A program made the position numbers and the translations under genes. This document shows, piece after piece, positions 8,420-19,992 of a DNA stretch of 64,000 bases (position 1 is the stretch's first letter; the number at the start of each line of letters is the position of its first letter). The stretch is taken from positions 624 to 64,623 of the forward strand of contig CAZGRP010000023.1 in NCBI GenBank assembly GCA_964527995.1, written 5' to 3'. Under the pieces are notes generated by a model that was not told the DNA's origin, did no database searches, and saw only the letters and a program-made list of their open reading frames with translations. The DNA comes from an uncultured Cytophagia bacterium (GTDB taxonomy: Bacteria; Zhuqueibacterota; Zhuqueibacteria; Oceanimicrobiales; CAZGRP01).

Positions 8420-8563
8420 ATGGCATGCTGCGACCCGGTGGACCCATCGGTTTGTGCCAGCCCGGTGTGCTGCGACGATGTGGCAGCCAAGGCCGGGTCT
8501 GGATCGGCCGGGTGGCGACACCAGTTGGCAGAATGGACATCCTTATTCAAATACAGACTGTAG
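8420..8563 (+). CDS. 47-aa Cys-rich small protein (metallothionein-like), below the ORF-track threshold
   Basis: GAGGA RBS, ATG 8420; MACCDPVDPSVCASPVCCDDVAAKAGSGSAGWRHQLAEWTSLFKYRL; its TAG abuts the AGGAGG RBS of the porin gene. Confidence 0.45.
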   Translation: MACCDPVDPSVCASPVCCDDVAAKAGSGSAGWRHQLAEWTSLFKYRL

Positions 8564-8578
8564 AGGAGGACTGCTCCT

Positions 8579-9706
8579 ATGAACATCACTCCAAGAGGCT
8601 GGCTCGTCCTGGGCGCCATCCTCATACTGAACTCGCCCGAAGCATGGGCGCAGGGCAGCGAGCAGGCGGTCTCTTTGGCGGACCACCCGCGTGTGCCCGA
8701 AACCCTCGACATGTCGGATGTGTATGGCAAGCTCCGGATCACCGGCTTCGGGGTGGGAGCTTTTGAGTACGCAGGGAACACGAGCCACAACTCATTCAGT
8801 GCCGACAAGATGGCTCTGAGCGCTTTTGAGCAGGTGAATGCGAGTCTCTACTTCTTTGGGCAACTGACTACGGCGCTGGAGGGGGAAGAAGCAGCAATCG
8901 AGATCGACAATCTCATTTTGAGCTACACGCCTGCCGCGCTGCCCAGCCTGACTCTCATGGGAGGCAAATTCGACGCACCGATCGGGTTCGAACGCGACGA
9001 TGAGCCGCTGAATTTCCAACCCAGCAATTCGTTCAATTTCGAATTTGCCCGGCCGGTCAAATACAGCGGGCTTCTGGCGATTTACACCTTGAGCCCTGTC
9101 TGGGACCTTACCACCTATGTGGTGAATGGCTGGGACCTCGACGTCGACAACAACAAAGCCAAGACCTTCGGCACGAGAGTCGGGTTTTCGCCTGCAGAGC
9201 TGAGCAGTCTCGGTCTCTCTTTTGTGCTCGGATTTCCGCAGGAGGACAGCAGCCGCCGGGTAAGATTGCTTGCAAACCTTGACTATACCTTTCAGCCGAC
9301 GCTGCGCTGGGTCGTGGCGGGCGAAGTGAATCTGGCGTCGGAGCAGGGTGCAGCCGGCGATGGAGGTACGGCGTGGTGGTACGGCGGGCAGCTCACGACC
9401 TACTACCAGATGAAGGGCCCATGGGCGATGGCCCTGCGATACGACGTCTTCCGCGACCGCGATGGTACACGCACGGACATAGCACAGACCTTGCAGTCGC
9501 TTAGTCTGGCACCTTCGTTCAGGCTCAAGCAGAGTCAGTACGGTGCCTACTCGACGCGCGGGCACACCATCGTCGGCATCCCGCAACTTGAGATCCGCCT
9601 GGAATTTAGACTGAATCGCTCCACTGCCAGGTTCTTCGATGATGCCGGAGGGACTTTGTCGCGTTGGGATACCCAGACCCGTCTGCAGGCAGTGGTTGTT
9701 TTTTAG
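8579..9706 (+). CDS. Outer-membrane beta-barrel porin (BBP2/DUF1597-like)
   Basis: Signal peptide (AWA-Q), GKFDAPIGFE, VVNGWD...DNNKAK, LRYDVFRD and C-terminal Phe (AVVVF). Confidence 0.8.
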   Translation: MNITPRGWLVLGAILILNSPEAWAQGSEQAVSLADHPRVPETLDMSDVYGKLRITGFGVGAFEYAGNTSHNSFSADKMALSAFEQVNASLYFFGQLTTALEGEEAAIEIDNLILSYTPAALPSLTLMGGKFDAPIGFERDDEPLNFQPSNSFNFEFARPVKYSGLLAIYTLSPVWDLTTYVVNGWDLDVDNNKAKTFGTRVGFSPAELSSLGLSFVLGFPQEDSSRRVRLLANLDYTFQPTLRWVVAGEVNLASEQGAAGDGGTAWWYGGQLTTYYQMKGPWAMALRYDVFRDRDGTRTDIAQTLQSLSLAPSFRLKQSQYGAYSTRGHTIVGIPQLEIRLEFRLNRSTARFFDDAGGTLSRWDTQTRLQAVVVF

Positions 9707-9820
9707 CAAAGGAGAGCGTCCGCCTGCCTCATTGATAGCCCTGAAGCCGACTCGGATCGATACCGGCAGGCACGCAGGAACGCGAACCAAAATGTGGTTT
9801 AAAGATAAAGGGAGGACCCA

Positions 9821-10405
9821 ATGAAAAGGTCATTGTTTCTGAACCTGTTTGTAGCAGCTGTCGTGACGGCCCTGGTGTCGTCATCGCTGGCGCACATCAC
9901 TCCAATGGTACACCTTGTCAAGCACAACGAGGCGGTCAGGAGCCTGCTTCCCGGCAGCCAGCAGTTCTTCGTCAAGACTGTAAAAGTGGGTCAAGAAGAG
10001 AGGAAGCGAATTCGTGAAGCAGCCCAATGGACGCCCGACCTGGATGCCTACAAGTTCTACTACGGGAAGGATTCCAGCGGTAGCATCGTCGGCGATGTCC
10101 TGTTGATCACCGTCAACAGCCGGCATGGCCCGTTAGCGCTGGCTGTCGGGTTCTCCACCCGGAACACAGTGACCCGCGTCATTGTCACGGACGTGGGGGT
10201 GGAGTCTGTCGCGTGGGTGCGCAAGATTTTGGCGACCGGGATCCTGGATCGTTTCGCTGGCAAGAATGAAAGGACTGTTTCAGCGGTGTTGACCGAGATC
10301 TCGAAGAGAGAAGTTGGCAGGATGCCGTACTATTTCGCCGAAATCATCACCAAAGCGGTGGCCCGGGCTGCTGTTCTACAGAGCACTCTGTTTGGCTTCA
10401 AGTAG
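9821..10405 (+). CDS. Periplasmic FMN-binding-like (RnfG/NosR fold) protein lacking the SGAT flavinylation motif
   Basis: Signal peptide (SSLA-H) and VNSRHGPLALAVGFS...VTRVIV...DRFAGK pattern resembling FMN_bind proteins. Confidence 0.5.
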   Translation: MKRSLFLNLFVAAVVTALVSSSLAHITPMVHLVKHNEAVRSLLPGSQQFFVKTVKVGQEERKRIREAAQWTPDLDAYKFYYGKDSSGSIVGDVLLITVNSRHGPLALAVGFSTRNTVTRVIVTDVGVESVAWVRKILATGILDRFAGKNERTVSAVLTEISKREVGRMPYYFAEIITKAVARAAVLQSTLFGFK

Positions 10406-10622
10406 TCCGGCGGCCGTCTACTGGGGAGCCTGCGCACCCCAGGGGTGGCTGTCTTCTTTCCATAAGTAGAGTAAGGTCGCCGCGCTTCTGCCTGCGTGCA
10501 CCGTCGGCGTCGTTTGTGGTGTGGGCTGCCCCGGCCGACCGATGAGGGTCTCCACCGACCTGTCGGGCGCCGACCGGGCACAACCGTGGCGCCTGTGATG
10601 CCTTCCGGTGGTTGGTTTCCCC

Positions 10623-10680
10623 TTGATTTTTCAGGAAACTGTTGGTATCTTAGCGCGTAGTCATTGAGACTTTGTTGCAA
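10623..10680 (+). promoter_or_regulatory. Sigma-70 promoter of fur with a downstream Fur-box-like imperfect palindrome
   Basis: TTGATT (10623)-17 bp-TATCTT (10646); TTGAGAC-TTT-GTTGCAA at 10664-10680. Confidence 0.5.
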
Positions 10681-10695
10681 CATGGCCAGGAAAAC

Positions 10696-11169
10696 ATGCA
10701 GAGTGCAGAGAAGAAGTTTCGCCGCTATTTGGCAGAGCAGAATCTGCGGTATACCGCCGAACGCCGGCAGATCTTTCATGAGATCATCCGTGCGCGCGAG
10801 CATTTCGACGCCGACACGCTGCTGCTCAAGATAAAGTCCAAAAACATGTCGGTGTCACGGGCGACGGTCTACCGCACCTTGGATCTGCTCGTGCGGTTGG
10901 GGCTGTTGCGCCGGACGTGCGTAGGCGATCGCTCAGCCGTATACGAGAGCGTTGTCGGCTGGGCGCGGCATGGACACCTCGTCTGTCAGAATTGCGGCCG
11001 TGTGGTAGAATTTCGAGCGCCCGAGATCGATGAGGCGCTGGATCGGGTCTGCGAAGAAGCCGGCTTTGACCTTCGCAATCGCTGCTTGCAGCTCTTCGGG
11101 TATTGTGCCGACTGCCGGGATCAGGCCGTGCCGGAAAGCGAGACCGATCCGACCGAAATGGTGTGCTGA
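10696..11169 (+). CDS. fur: Fur/PerR family transcriptional repressor
   Basis: LRYTAERRQI, HFDADTL, SRATVYRTL, HGHLVCQNCG and GYCADC (two CxxC zinc motifs). An alternative TTG start exists at 10672. Confidence 0.9.
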   Translation: MQSAEKKFRRYLAEQNLRYTAERRQIFHEIIRAREHFDADTLLLKIKSKNMSVSRATVYRTLDLLVRLGLLRRTCVGDRSAVYESVVGWARHGHLVCQNCGRVVEFRAPEIDEALDRVCEEAGFDLRNRCLQLFGYCADCRDQAVPESETDPTEMVC

Positions 11170-11313
11170 GTCCACGCGGAATCGCCCAGGCAGGCTCGAT
11201 TTGTCCAGCCTGCCGCGGAGTTGATCTTCCCCCGTTGGTCGAACGGCGAGCGGGGGAAGCGTTTGTTGAGACCGGAACCGAGTCCAGGGGGCCTGAATGG
11301 AAAGGAGCTGGAA

Positions 11314-12249
11314 ATGACAACCAACGATGTGCGCAAGGTGGCGATCATCGGATCCGGACCGGCCGGATATACGGCGGCTATTTACGCGGCACGGGCGAAT
11401 CTGGCACCCATCGTTTTCGCAGGGCCAGAGCCCGGAGGACAGCTCACGTTGACGACTCTGGTGGAAAACTATCCCGGCTTTTCCGACGGGGTACTGGGCC
11501 CGGAACTGATGGAGCAAATGCGCAAGCAAGCTGAAAAATTTGGCGCTAACGTGGTCTGGCGTACAGTCACACGGGTCGATTTTTCAGGTCGCCCTTTTCT
11601 CCTGGAAGCCGATGGTGAAACCCATCGAGCTGAGACTGTCATCATCGCCTCGGGGGCCTCGGCCAGGCTACTGGGGCTGGAATCAGAGCGCAAGCTTCTT
11701 GGTCGGGGCGTTTCGACGTGCGCCACCTGCGACGGCGCCTTCTTCCGCGACCAGAATCTGATCGTTGTCGGCGGCGGCGACACGGCTATGGAGGATGCCA
11801 CGTTTCTGACGAAGTTTGCCAAGAAGGTCACCGTCGTGCACCGGCGAGACCAGTTGCGAGCATCCAAGATCATGCAAGAGCGGGTATTCAAGAATCCGAA
11901 GATCGATTTTATCTGGGACACCGTCGTCCAGGACATCCGCGATCCGGAGGCCGGGAGAGTGACGGGCGTGGTGCTGAAGAATGTCAAGACCGGCGAAACT
12001 CGGGAGATGCCGATTGATGGGGTGTTTGTGGCGATCGGCCACAAGCCAAACACGGAAATCTTCCGGGGCCAGATCGATATGGATGATGTCGGCTATATCA
12101 AGACCCACGAGAGAACCATGACCAACATCGACGGCGTGTTCGCTGCTGGAGACGTGGTCGATTTTTTCTACCGCCAGGCGGTCACCGCGGCCGGAGACGG
12201 CTGTCGCGCCGGTATGGATGCGGAGAAGTGGCTGGAGGCGCATGCGTGA
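11314..12249 (+). CDS. trxB: Thioredoxin-disulfide reductase
   Basis: AAGGAG RBS; IIGSGPAGYTAAIY, CATCDG, GGGDTA and HRRD motifs. Confidence 0.97.
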   Translation: MTTNDVRKVAIIGSGPAGYTAAIYAARANLAPIVFAGPEPGGQLTLTTLVENYPGFSDGVLGPELMEQMRKQAEKFGANVVWRTVTRVDFSGRPFLLEADGETHRAETVIIASGASARLLGLESERKLLGRGVSTCATCDGAFFRDQNLIVVGGGDTAMEDATFLTKFAKKVTVVHRRDQLRASKIMQERVFKNPKIDFIWDTVVQDIRDPEAGRVTGVVLKNVKTGETREMPIDGVFVAIGHKPNTEIFRGQIDMDDVGYIKTHERTMTNIDGVFAAGDVVDFFYRQAVTAAGDGCRAGMDAEKWLEAHA

Positions 12250-12512
12250 AGGTGGACACGCGCTGGATTGTCCAGGCCGCCGCCTACGTCGGAGCGATCT
12301 GGGCCTTCGTTCAGATGTGGGAGGTTTCCAAGGTACTGCTGGCTGGGGCAGACGCTGGAGCGGTTCGCAGCTTGATCGCTTATGCCTTTCTTTTCCTGGC
12401 CTGCTTCATGGTGCTGGCGATCACCAGCTATTTGAAGCAGAGGCGGAATGGGACGCTGAAGAATCGCATTCGATTTTTCGAGCGTCTGCTATCGATTTTG
12501 GGGTTGACCTGA
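12246..12512 (+). CDS. Small two-TM membrane protein, unknown function
   Basis: GTG overlaps the trxB stop (GTGA) and its TGA overlaps the next ATG (TGATG); two hydrophobic helices. Confidence 0.75.
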   Translation: MKVDTRWIVQAAAYVGAIWAFVQMWEVSKVLLAGADAGAVRSLIAYAFLFLACFMVLAITSYLKQRRNGTLKNRIRFFERLLSILGLT

Positions 12513-13522
12513 TGGAATTCCTCTTCTTCAGGCCGGGGCTCCCAGAGGAAAGGTCGATCAGCGTCGACGGGGTGATGCCCAGCCGCTTGAACCTGAGCCA
12601 CTGGCCGGGCAATTGGACGCCACCCCATCTTCGGGCAGACACCAGCACTGAGATGGCTCTGAAGTTGGCCACCGCGCCGGACCGCGGAGAACTTCTGCGA
12701 GGCATCGAAGTCGTTACCAACAACCATTTCGATACCGACGGCTTGTTGTCGGTCTGGGCAGTGCTCCATCCCGAGGAGGCCCTGCGTCGCAGCGAGCAGC
12801 TTCTGGCAGCCGCCGAAGCCGGAGACTTCGAGTGGATGACGACCGACGCCGCCGTCAAGTTCGATCTGACGGTCATGGCGTTCGGGGACGCCCGTCGATC
12901 TCCGCTGGCCTCTGAATTTGCCGGCAAGAGCGATCCAGAGAAATATCAATTGTTGTATGACCGACTGCTCGGTGAGCTTCCCGACCTGTTCGACGACCTC
13001 GAAACGTACCGCTCTCTCTGGGAGGAAGAGTTTTCATTTTTTGAAGAATCGAAAAACGAGATGGTGACTGGCGGCACCGTGGTCTGGGAATATCCAGAAG
13101 TTCACCTGACCGTGTTTCAGGCGACCCGGTCGCTCGACAGGAGGGTGCGTTTTCGCTACGCGCAAAACTGGCGGGTTTTGACCCTGGCGCCCGATGGAGA
13201 TCGATGGACGTACGAGCTGGAGCACCAGGTCTTCACGTGGTTCGATACGGTCACCTTCCCGGAGAGCAACGGGATCCGGGTGGATCTCCAGCCGCTGGCA
13301 GCGCAGTTTGCTGAACTCGAGACGGCGGAGGGGCGCTGGCGTTTTACCGGCACCGATGACATCAACAGTCGGCTTCGTTTCGTCGACCGGCGCTCTCGAC
13401 TGGTCGCCAGCGATCTGCCCCTGGTGCGGCTGGTCGAAATGACCCGGAAGTTCCTTGCTGGCTTTCCACGATTGGAGCATGTGCCTCCACCACCTCTGTC
13501 TCTAGGGGCGGACGACATTTGA
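12512..13522 (+). CDS. DUF6687 / DHH-like protein
   Basis: SVDG, LSHWPGN, ADTSTE and NNHFDTDGLLSVW motifs; translationally coupled on both sides. Confidence 0.7.
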   Translation: MEFLFFRPGLPEERSISVDGVMPSRLNLSHWPGNWTPPHLRADTSTEMALKLATAPDRGELLRGIEVVTNNHFDTDGLLSVWAVLHPEEALRRSEQLLAAAEAGDFEWMTTDAAVKFDLTVMAFGDARRSPLASEFAGKSDPEKYQLLYDRLLGELPDLFDDLETYRSLWEEEFSFFEESKNEMVTGGTVVWEYPEVHLTVFQATRSLDRRVRFRYAQNWRVLTLAPDGDRWTYELEHQVFTWFDTVTFPESNGIRVDLQPLAAQFAELETAEGRWRFTGTDDINSRLRFVDRRSRLVASDLPLVRLVEMTRKFLAGFPRLEHVPPPPLSLGADDI

Positions 13523-14373
13523 ACCCGTTCGGTGCGCATGTGTCCATTGCCGGAGGCGTTCACAAGGCCCCGTCGCGTGGCGCCGAGGCGACCTGCGATG
13601 TGGTGCAGATTTTCACCAAGAACCAGATGCAGTGGCGGGTGCCGCCGCTGACCGAGGAAGAGGTGGAGCGGTTCCAGCAGGAGGTGGAACGGGTTGGGAT
13701 CCCTGCGGTCTGCGTGCATGCCGCCTACCTGATCAACCTGGGCAGCCCAGATCCGGTCAAGCTGGAGCAGTCGCGGAAAGCGTTTCGGATCGAGCTGGAG
13801 CGTGCGGAAGTTTTGGGGATCCGGTACGTGATCGTTCATCCCGGGGCCCACATGGACTCCGGGGAAGAGACCGGCATCGCGACGATCGCTGAGAGTCTGA
13901 ATTTGAGTTTTGCAGCGCTGAAAGACACCTCGGTCATGGCCCTGCTCGAATGCACAGCCGGGCAGGGTACCAATCTCGGGCATCGATTCGAGGAATTGGC
14001 AGCCATCATCGACCGTGTCGAGGATCCGAGCCGGGTGGGGGTCTGTGTGGATACCTGCCATCTGTTTGCGGCAGGGTACGAGTTGCGAAGCCGAGAGGGC
14101 TACGAATCCACCATTCGGGAGCTGGATGACGTCGTCGGGGTGGACCGGGTGCGCATCATCCACTCGAACGATTCGAAGCGTGAGCTTGGCAGCCGCGTGG
14201 ATCGCCACGCGCACATCGGTGAGGGCGAATTGGGGCTGGAGGCCTTTCGGCACTTTATCAACGATCCCCGCTTCGACGGTGTGCCGATGATCATCGAGAC
14301 CCCAGGAGGACCGGAGAAGGATCGGGAGAATCTGGCTCGGTTGCGAAGGTTGGTGGCGAGGCGGAAACTGTAG
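13519..14373 (+). CDS. nfo: Endonuclease IV (AP endonuclease)
   Basis: GAHVSIAGG, HAAYLINL, VHPG, LLECTAGQG, DTCHLFAAGY, HSNDSK, DRHAHIG and IIETP. Confidence 0.96.
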   Translation: MNPFGAHVSIAGGVHKAPSRGAEATCDVVQIFTKNQMQWRVPPLTEEEVERFQQEVERVGIPAVCVHAAYLINLGSPDPVKLEQSRKAFRIELERAEVLGIRYVIVHPGAHMDSGEETGIATIAESLNLSFAALKDTSVMALLECTAGQGTNLGHRFEELAAIIDRVEDPSRVGVCVDTCHLFAAGYELRSREGYESTIRELDDVVGVDRVRIIHSNDSKRELGSRVDRHAHIGEGELGLEAFRHFINDPRFDGVPMIIETPGGPEKDRENLARLRRLVARRKL

Positions 14374-14484
14374 GGAGCTGTGTCAACCGCAGAGAATGCA
14401 GAGGAGGCGGTTGAGAAGGAAGATAGTCCCGAGTGCAGGAAACTCTCGCAAAGGTGCCAGGGTAATAGATCCGGATCATTCACA

Positions 14485-14543
14485 ACCAGAAAGATACTAA
14501 GTACATAAGCCGCATATTCTTAGTGACTTTGTGCCTCGGTGGT
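14485..14543. repeat. Degenerate AT-rich palindrome (REP-like element)
   Basis: ACCAGAAAGATACTAAGTACATAAG...CTTAGTGACTTTGTGCCTCGGTGGT: two 25-nt arms, imperfectly complementary; single copy in the window. Confidence 0.3.
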
Positions 14544-14609
14544 AAGATTTGCGGATGGTTTAGTGCATGAGAAGTAAGAAAGTCCGTGCGGGCTTGCAAA
14601 GAAGCGACC

Positions 14610-17312
<2,703 letters not shown>

Positions 17313-17353
17313 GAGGTCGGTTGGGACACAAAGGGTATGGAGGAGAAGTAAAG

Positions 17354-17557
17354 ATGAAATTCAAGGTGGTGCTGGAACCCAGCGACGAAGGTGGTTACAC
17401 CGTTCATGTGGCTTCGCTTCCTGGCTGCATCAGCGAAGGAGAGACGATAGAAGAGGCCCTCGACAATATTCAGGAGGTGATAGAGCTTTACCTGGAGCCG
17501 GTGGAAGACGACTGGGTTGACGGGGAGGGCATGCTCGTGCGGGAGCTGGAGTTGTGA
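17354..17557 (+). CDS. hicB: HicB family antitoxin (short form)
   Basis: MKFKVVLEPSDEGGYTVHVASLPGCISEGETIEEALDNIQEVIELYL. Confidence 0.88.
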   Translation: MKFKVVLEPSDEGGYTVHVASLPGCISEGETIEEALDNIQEVIELYLEPVEDDWVDGEGMLVRELEL

Positions 17558-17594
17558 GGCAAAAATGAGGGGATCTCGAGAGAAGGTGTTCTAG

Positions 17595-18071
17595 GTGAAA
17601 AAGCTTCGTGTGTATGTTGACACGTCTGTACTCGGCGGTTGTATCGATGACGAGTATCGTGAAATATCATGTCAGCTCATCGAGGAATTCAAGCGTGGCC
17701 AGAAGACGGCGATCATTTCTGATTTGACGATGGCCGAGCTTGCTGGGGCACCCAGGGAGGTTCGCGAGGTGCTGGAGCAGTTGCCAAACGAGAACGTAGA
17801 ATACGTAGAGACGAGCCAGGACGCGATTGACCTTGCCGATCAGTATATTCTTGGAGGGGCGGTAACCAAGAAACACGAGGCCGATGCGCTTCATATCGCT
17901 CTGGCGACGACGCTACTGGCAGATGTGCTGGTTAGTTGGAATTTTCGCCACATCGTGAACATCGAGCGTATCCTGCTCTTCAACGGCATTAACATCCGAG
18001 AAGGGTATCGATCGCTCGAGATCCGGAGTCCTTTGGAGGTGATATCCCGTGAAGATCAAGAAGATGACTAG
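17595..18071 (+). CDS. PIN-domain protein (VapC-like)
   Basis: VYVDTSV, ISDLTMAEL, DALHIA and SWNFRHIVN. Confidence 0.88.
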   Translation: MKKLRVYVDTSVLGGCIDDEYREISCQLIEEFKRGQKTAIISDLTMAELAGAPREVREVLEQLPNENVEYVETSQDAIDLADQYILGGAVTKKHEADALHIALATTLLADVLVSWNFRHIVNIERILLFNGINIREGYRSLEIRSPLEVISREDQEDD

Positions 18072-18228
18072 CTTGCTGCCACTCCACAAGAAGTTCGATG
18101 CTGTTGCCTTCATGCGTCGCGTTCGAGAGGAAATGAGTGAAGAGTACGTGGCACTGCCGAAAGAGGAATTCATAAGAAAAATCCGCCAAAGGGCGAAATG
18201 GAGAGGTGGCGCAGGCAAAGCGAGGTGA
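18049..18228 (+). CDS. 59-aa basic helical protein, probable antitoxin partner of the PIN protein (missed by ORF track)
   Basis: GTG 18049 overlaps the PIN 3' end; VKIKKMTSLLPLHKKFDAVAFMRRVREEMSEEY...KAR*. The KKFDAVxxMR pattern is typical of partners of this PIN subfamily. Confidence 0.6.
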   Translation: MKIKKMTSLLPLHKKFDAVAFMRRVREEMSEEYVALPKEEFIRKIRQRAKWRGGAGKAR

Positions 18229-18273
18229 TCCTTTCAATGCCGCCGATTTTCATAAAGGAACCTGAAGCCATTC

Positions 18274-19578
18274 ATGTCAGATCGTTTTCGCGCATCCTTT
18301 TACACCCTTGGCTGTCGCCTCAATCAGGCCGAGACAGCCATGATCAGCCACAGTTTCGCTCGCAAGGGGTACGAGATCGTCGGCTTCGGCGAGCCGAGCG
18401 ACGTGGTGGTGATCAACACCTGCACCGTCACTGACCAGGCCGATTCCAAGTGCCGGCAGTTGGTGCGCCAGGTGTTACGACGCTGCCCCGATGCCACCGT
18501 GGCAGTGGTCGGATGCTATGCCCAGATGGCTGCTGACACCCTGCGCAGGATCGAGGGAATCGACCTGATCGTCGGCACCGAAGAGAAGATGCGAGTGGCC
18601 GACTTGATTGACGTGCCGCAGAAGCTGCCGGAGCCGTTGGTTGTGACCCCGCGCATTCGTCGCCAGGCGTTCACCATCTCGTCCGTGGGGAACTACGAAC
18701 ATGCAACGCGCGCCAATCTCAAGGTGCAGGACGGCTGCGATTTCATGTGCTCCTTCTGCATCATCCCCTTTGCTCGGGGTCGTGGCCGCAGCCGCGCCTT
18801 TTGGGACATCCAGCGCGAAGCCATGGAGCTTGTCGAGCGCGGGCACAAAGAGCTGGTGCTCAGTGGCGTGAACATCGGCACCTACGAGTATGACGGCAAG
18901 ACGCTGCTCGATTTGATCCGCATGCTGGAGACTATTGATGGGTTGGAGCGTATCCGCATCAGCTCCATCGAGCCCACGACCATCCCGCTGGAGCTGGTCG
19001 AGCACATGGCCTCATCGCGGAAGCTCTGTCGGCATCTGCACCTCCCTTTGCAGAGCGGCGATGATGGTATTCTTGAGGCTATGCGGCGAAAATACACGGT
19101 GCGGGAATACGTCGAGTTTGTTGAATGGGCTCTCGCGCGGGTCCCCGACCTGTGCCTGGGAACCGATGTTATGGTCGGGTTTCCGGGAGAAGGAGAGCGG
19201 GAGTTTGAGCGCACGGTCCGACTCCTCCAGGAGCTTCCCTTTGCCTACTTCCATGTATTCACTTTTTCCGAGCGGCGCGGGACGCCAGCGGAGAAGATGA
19301 GCCACAAGGTCGATGTGCACACGAAGCGGCACCGGAGCGAGGTATTGCGGAGGCTATCGCTCCGCAAGCGGCAGGAGTACGCCACCCGGCACATTGGCCG
19401 AACAGTCCGCGTCTTGATGGAGGAGCCCAACGAGCACGGCTTGTTTCAAGGCTTCACCGACAACTACTTGAAGGTCGCCGCGCCGACCCGCGAGGATCTG
19501 TCGAACCGGCTGGTGGACGTGGAGGTTCAAGACGTGTGGGGGCAGATGGCGATTGGAGAGTTGAAGCGGGCGGCGTAG
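18274..19578 (+). CDS. mtaB: tRNA t6A37 methylthiotransferase
   Basis: YTLGCRLNQAET, NTCTVT, KVQDGCDFMCSFCIIP, HLHLPLQSG, YFHVFTFSER and a TRAM domain. Confidence 0.92.
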   Translation: MSDRFRASFYTLGCRLNQAETAMISHSFARKGYEIVGFGEPSDVVVINTCTVTDQADSKCRQLVRQVLRRCPDATVAVVGCYAQMAADTLRRIEGIDLIVGTEEKMRVADLIDVPQKLPEPLVVTPRIRRQAFTISSVGNYEHATRANLKVQDGCDFMCSFCIIPFARGRGRSRAFWDIQREAMELVERGHKELVLSGVNIGTYEYDGKTLLDLIRMLETIDGLERIRISSIEPTTIPLELVEHMASSRKLCRHLHLPLQSGDDGILEAMRRKYTVREYVEFVEWALARVPDLCLGTDVMVGFPGEGEREFERTVRLLQELPFAYFHVFTFSERRGTPAEKMSHKVDVHTKRHRSEVLRRLSLRKRQEYATRHIGRTVRVLMEEPNEHGLFQGFTDNYLKVAAPTREDLSNRLVDVEVQDVWGQMAIGELKRAA

Positions 19579-19593
19579 ATCTCTGGGGGAAGG

Positions 19594-19992
19594 ATGGAGT
19601 CGGAGAACTACCTAACCAAGTCACTGAATTCGCTTACTGCAGCCCAGATCTGCTTAGAAAACGAACTGTTCGATGATGCAGTCAATCGGGCGTACTATGC
19701 CGTCTTGAGAAGCGCCCTGGCCTTCTTGGCCAGGCTAAACTTTTCTCCGAGGACCAGGCAGATTCACCATTGGACGCAATCTGTTTTTCCGCGTGAGTGC
19801 GTCAAACGTCGAAAAGTGATGCCCCAACGTATGGCGTCGTATCTCGCTCAACTGCAGAACTTGCGGGATGCAGCGGACTACAAGCCGGAGTTCGTAAGCG
19901 AAAAAACAGCAACCCGTGCTGTTAGCAAGGCTAGCGAGTTTGTGCACATCATCCGTCAGGAGATGCGAAGTGAAGAAGGATCAGAAGATTGA
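19594..19992 (+). CDS. HEPN domain protein
   Basis: DDAVNRAYYAV and LQNLRDAADY (R-x4-Y type HEPN motif). Confidence 0.85.
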   Translation: MESENYLTKSLNSLTAAQICLENELFDDAVNRAYYAVLRSALAFLARLNFSPRTRQIHHWTQSVFPRECVKRRKVMPQRMASYLAQLQNLRDAADYKPEFVSEKTATRAVSKASEFVHIIRQEMRSEEGSED

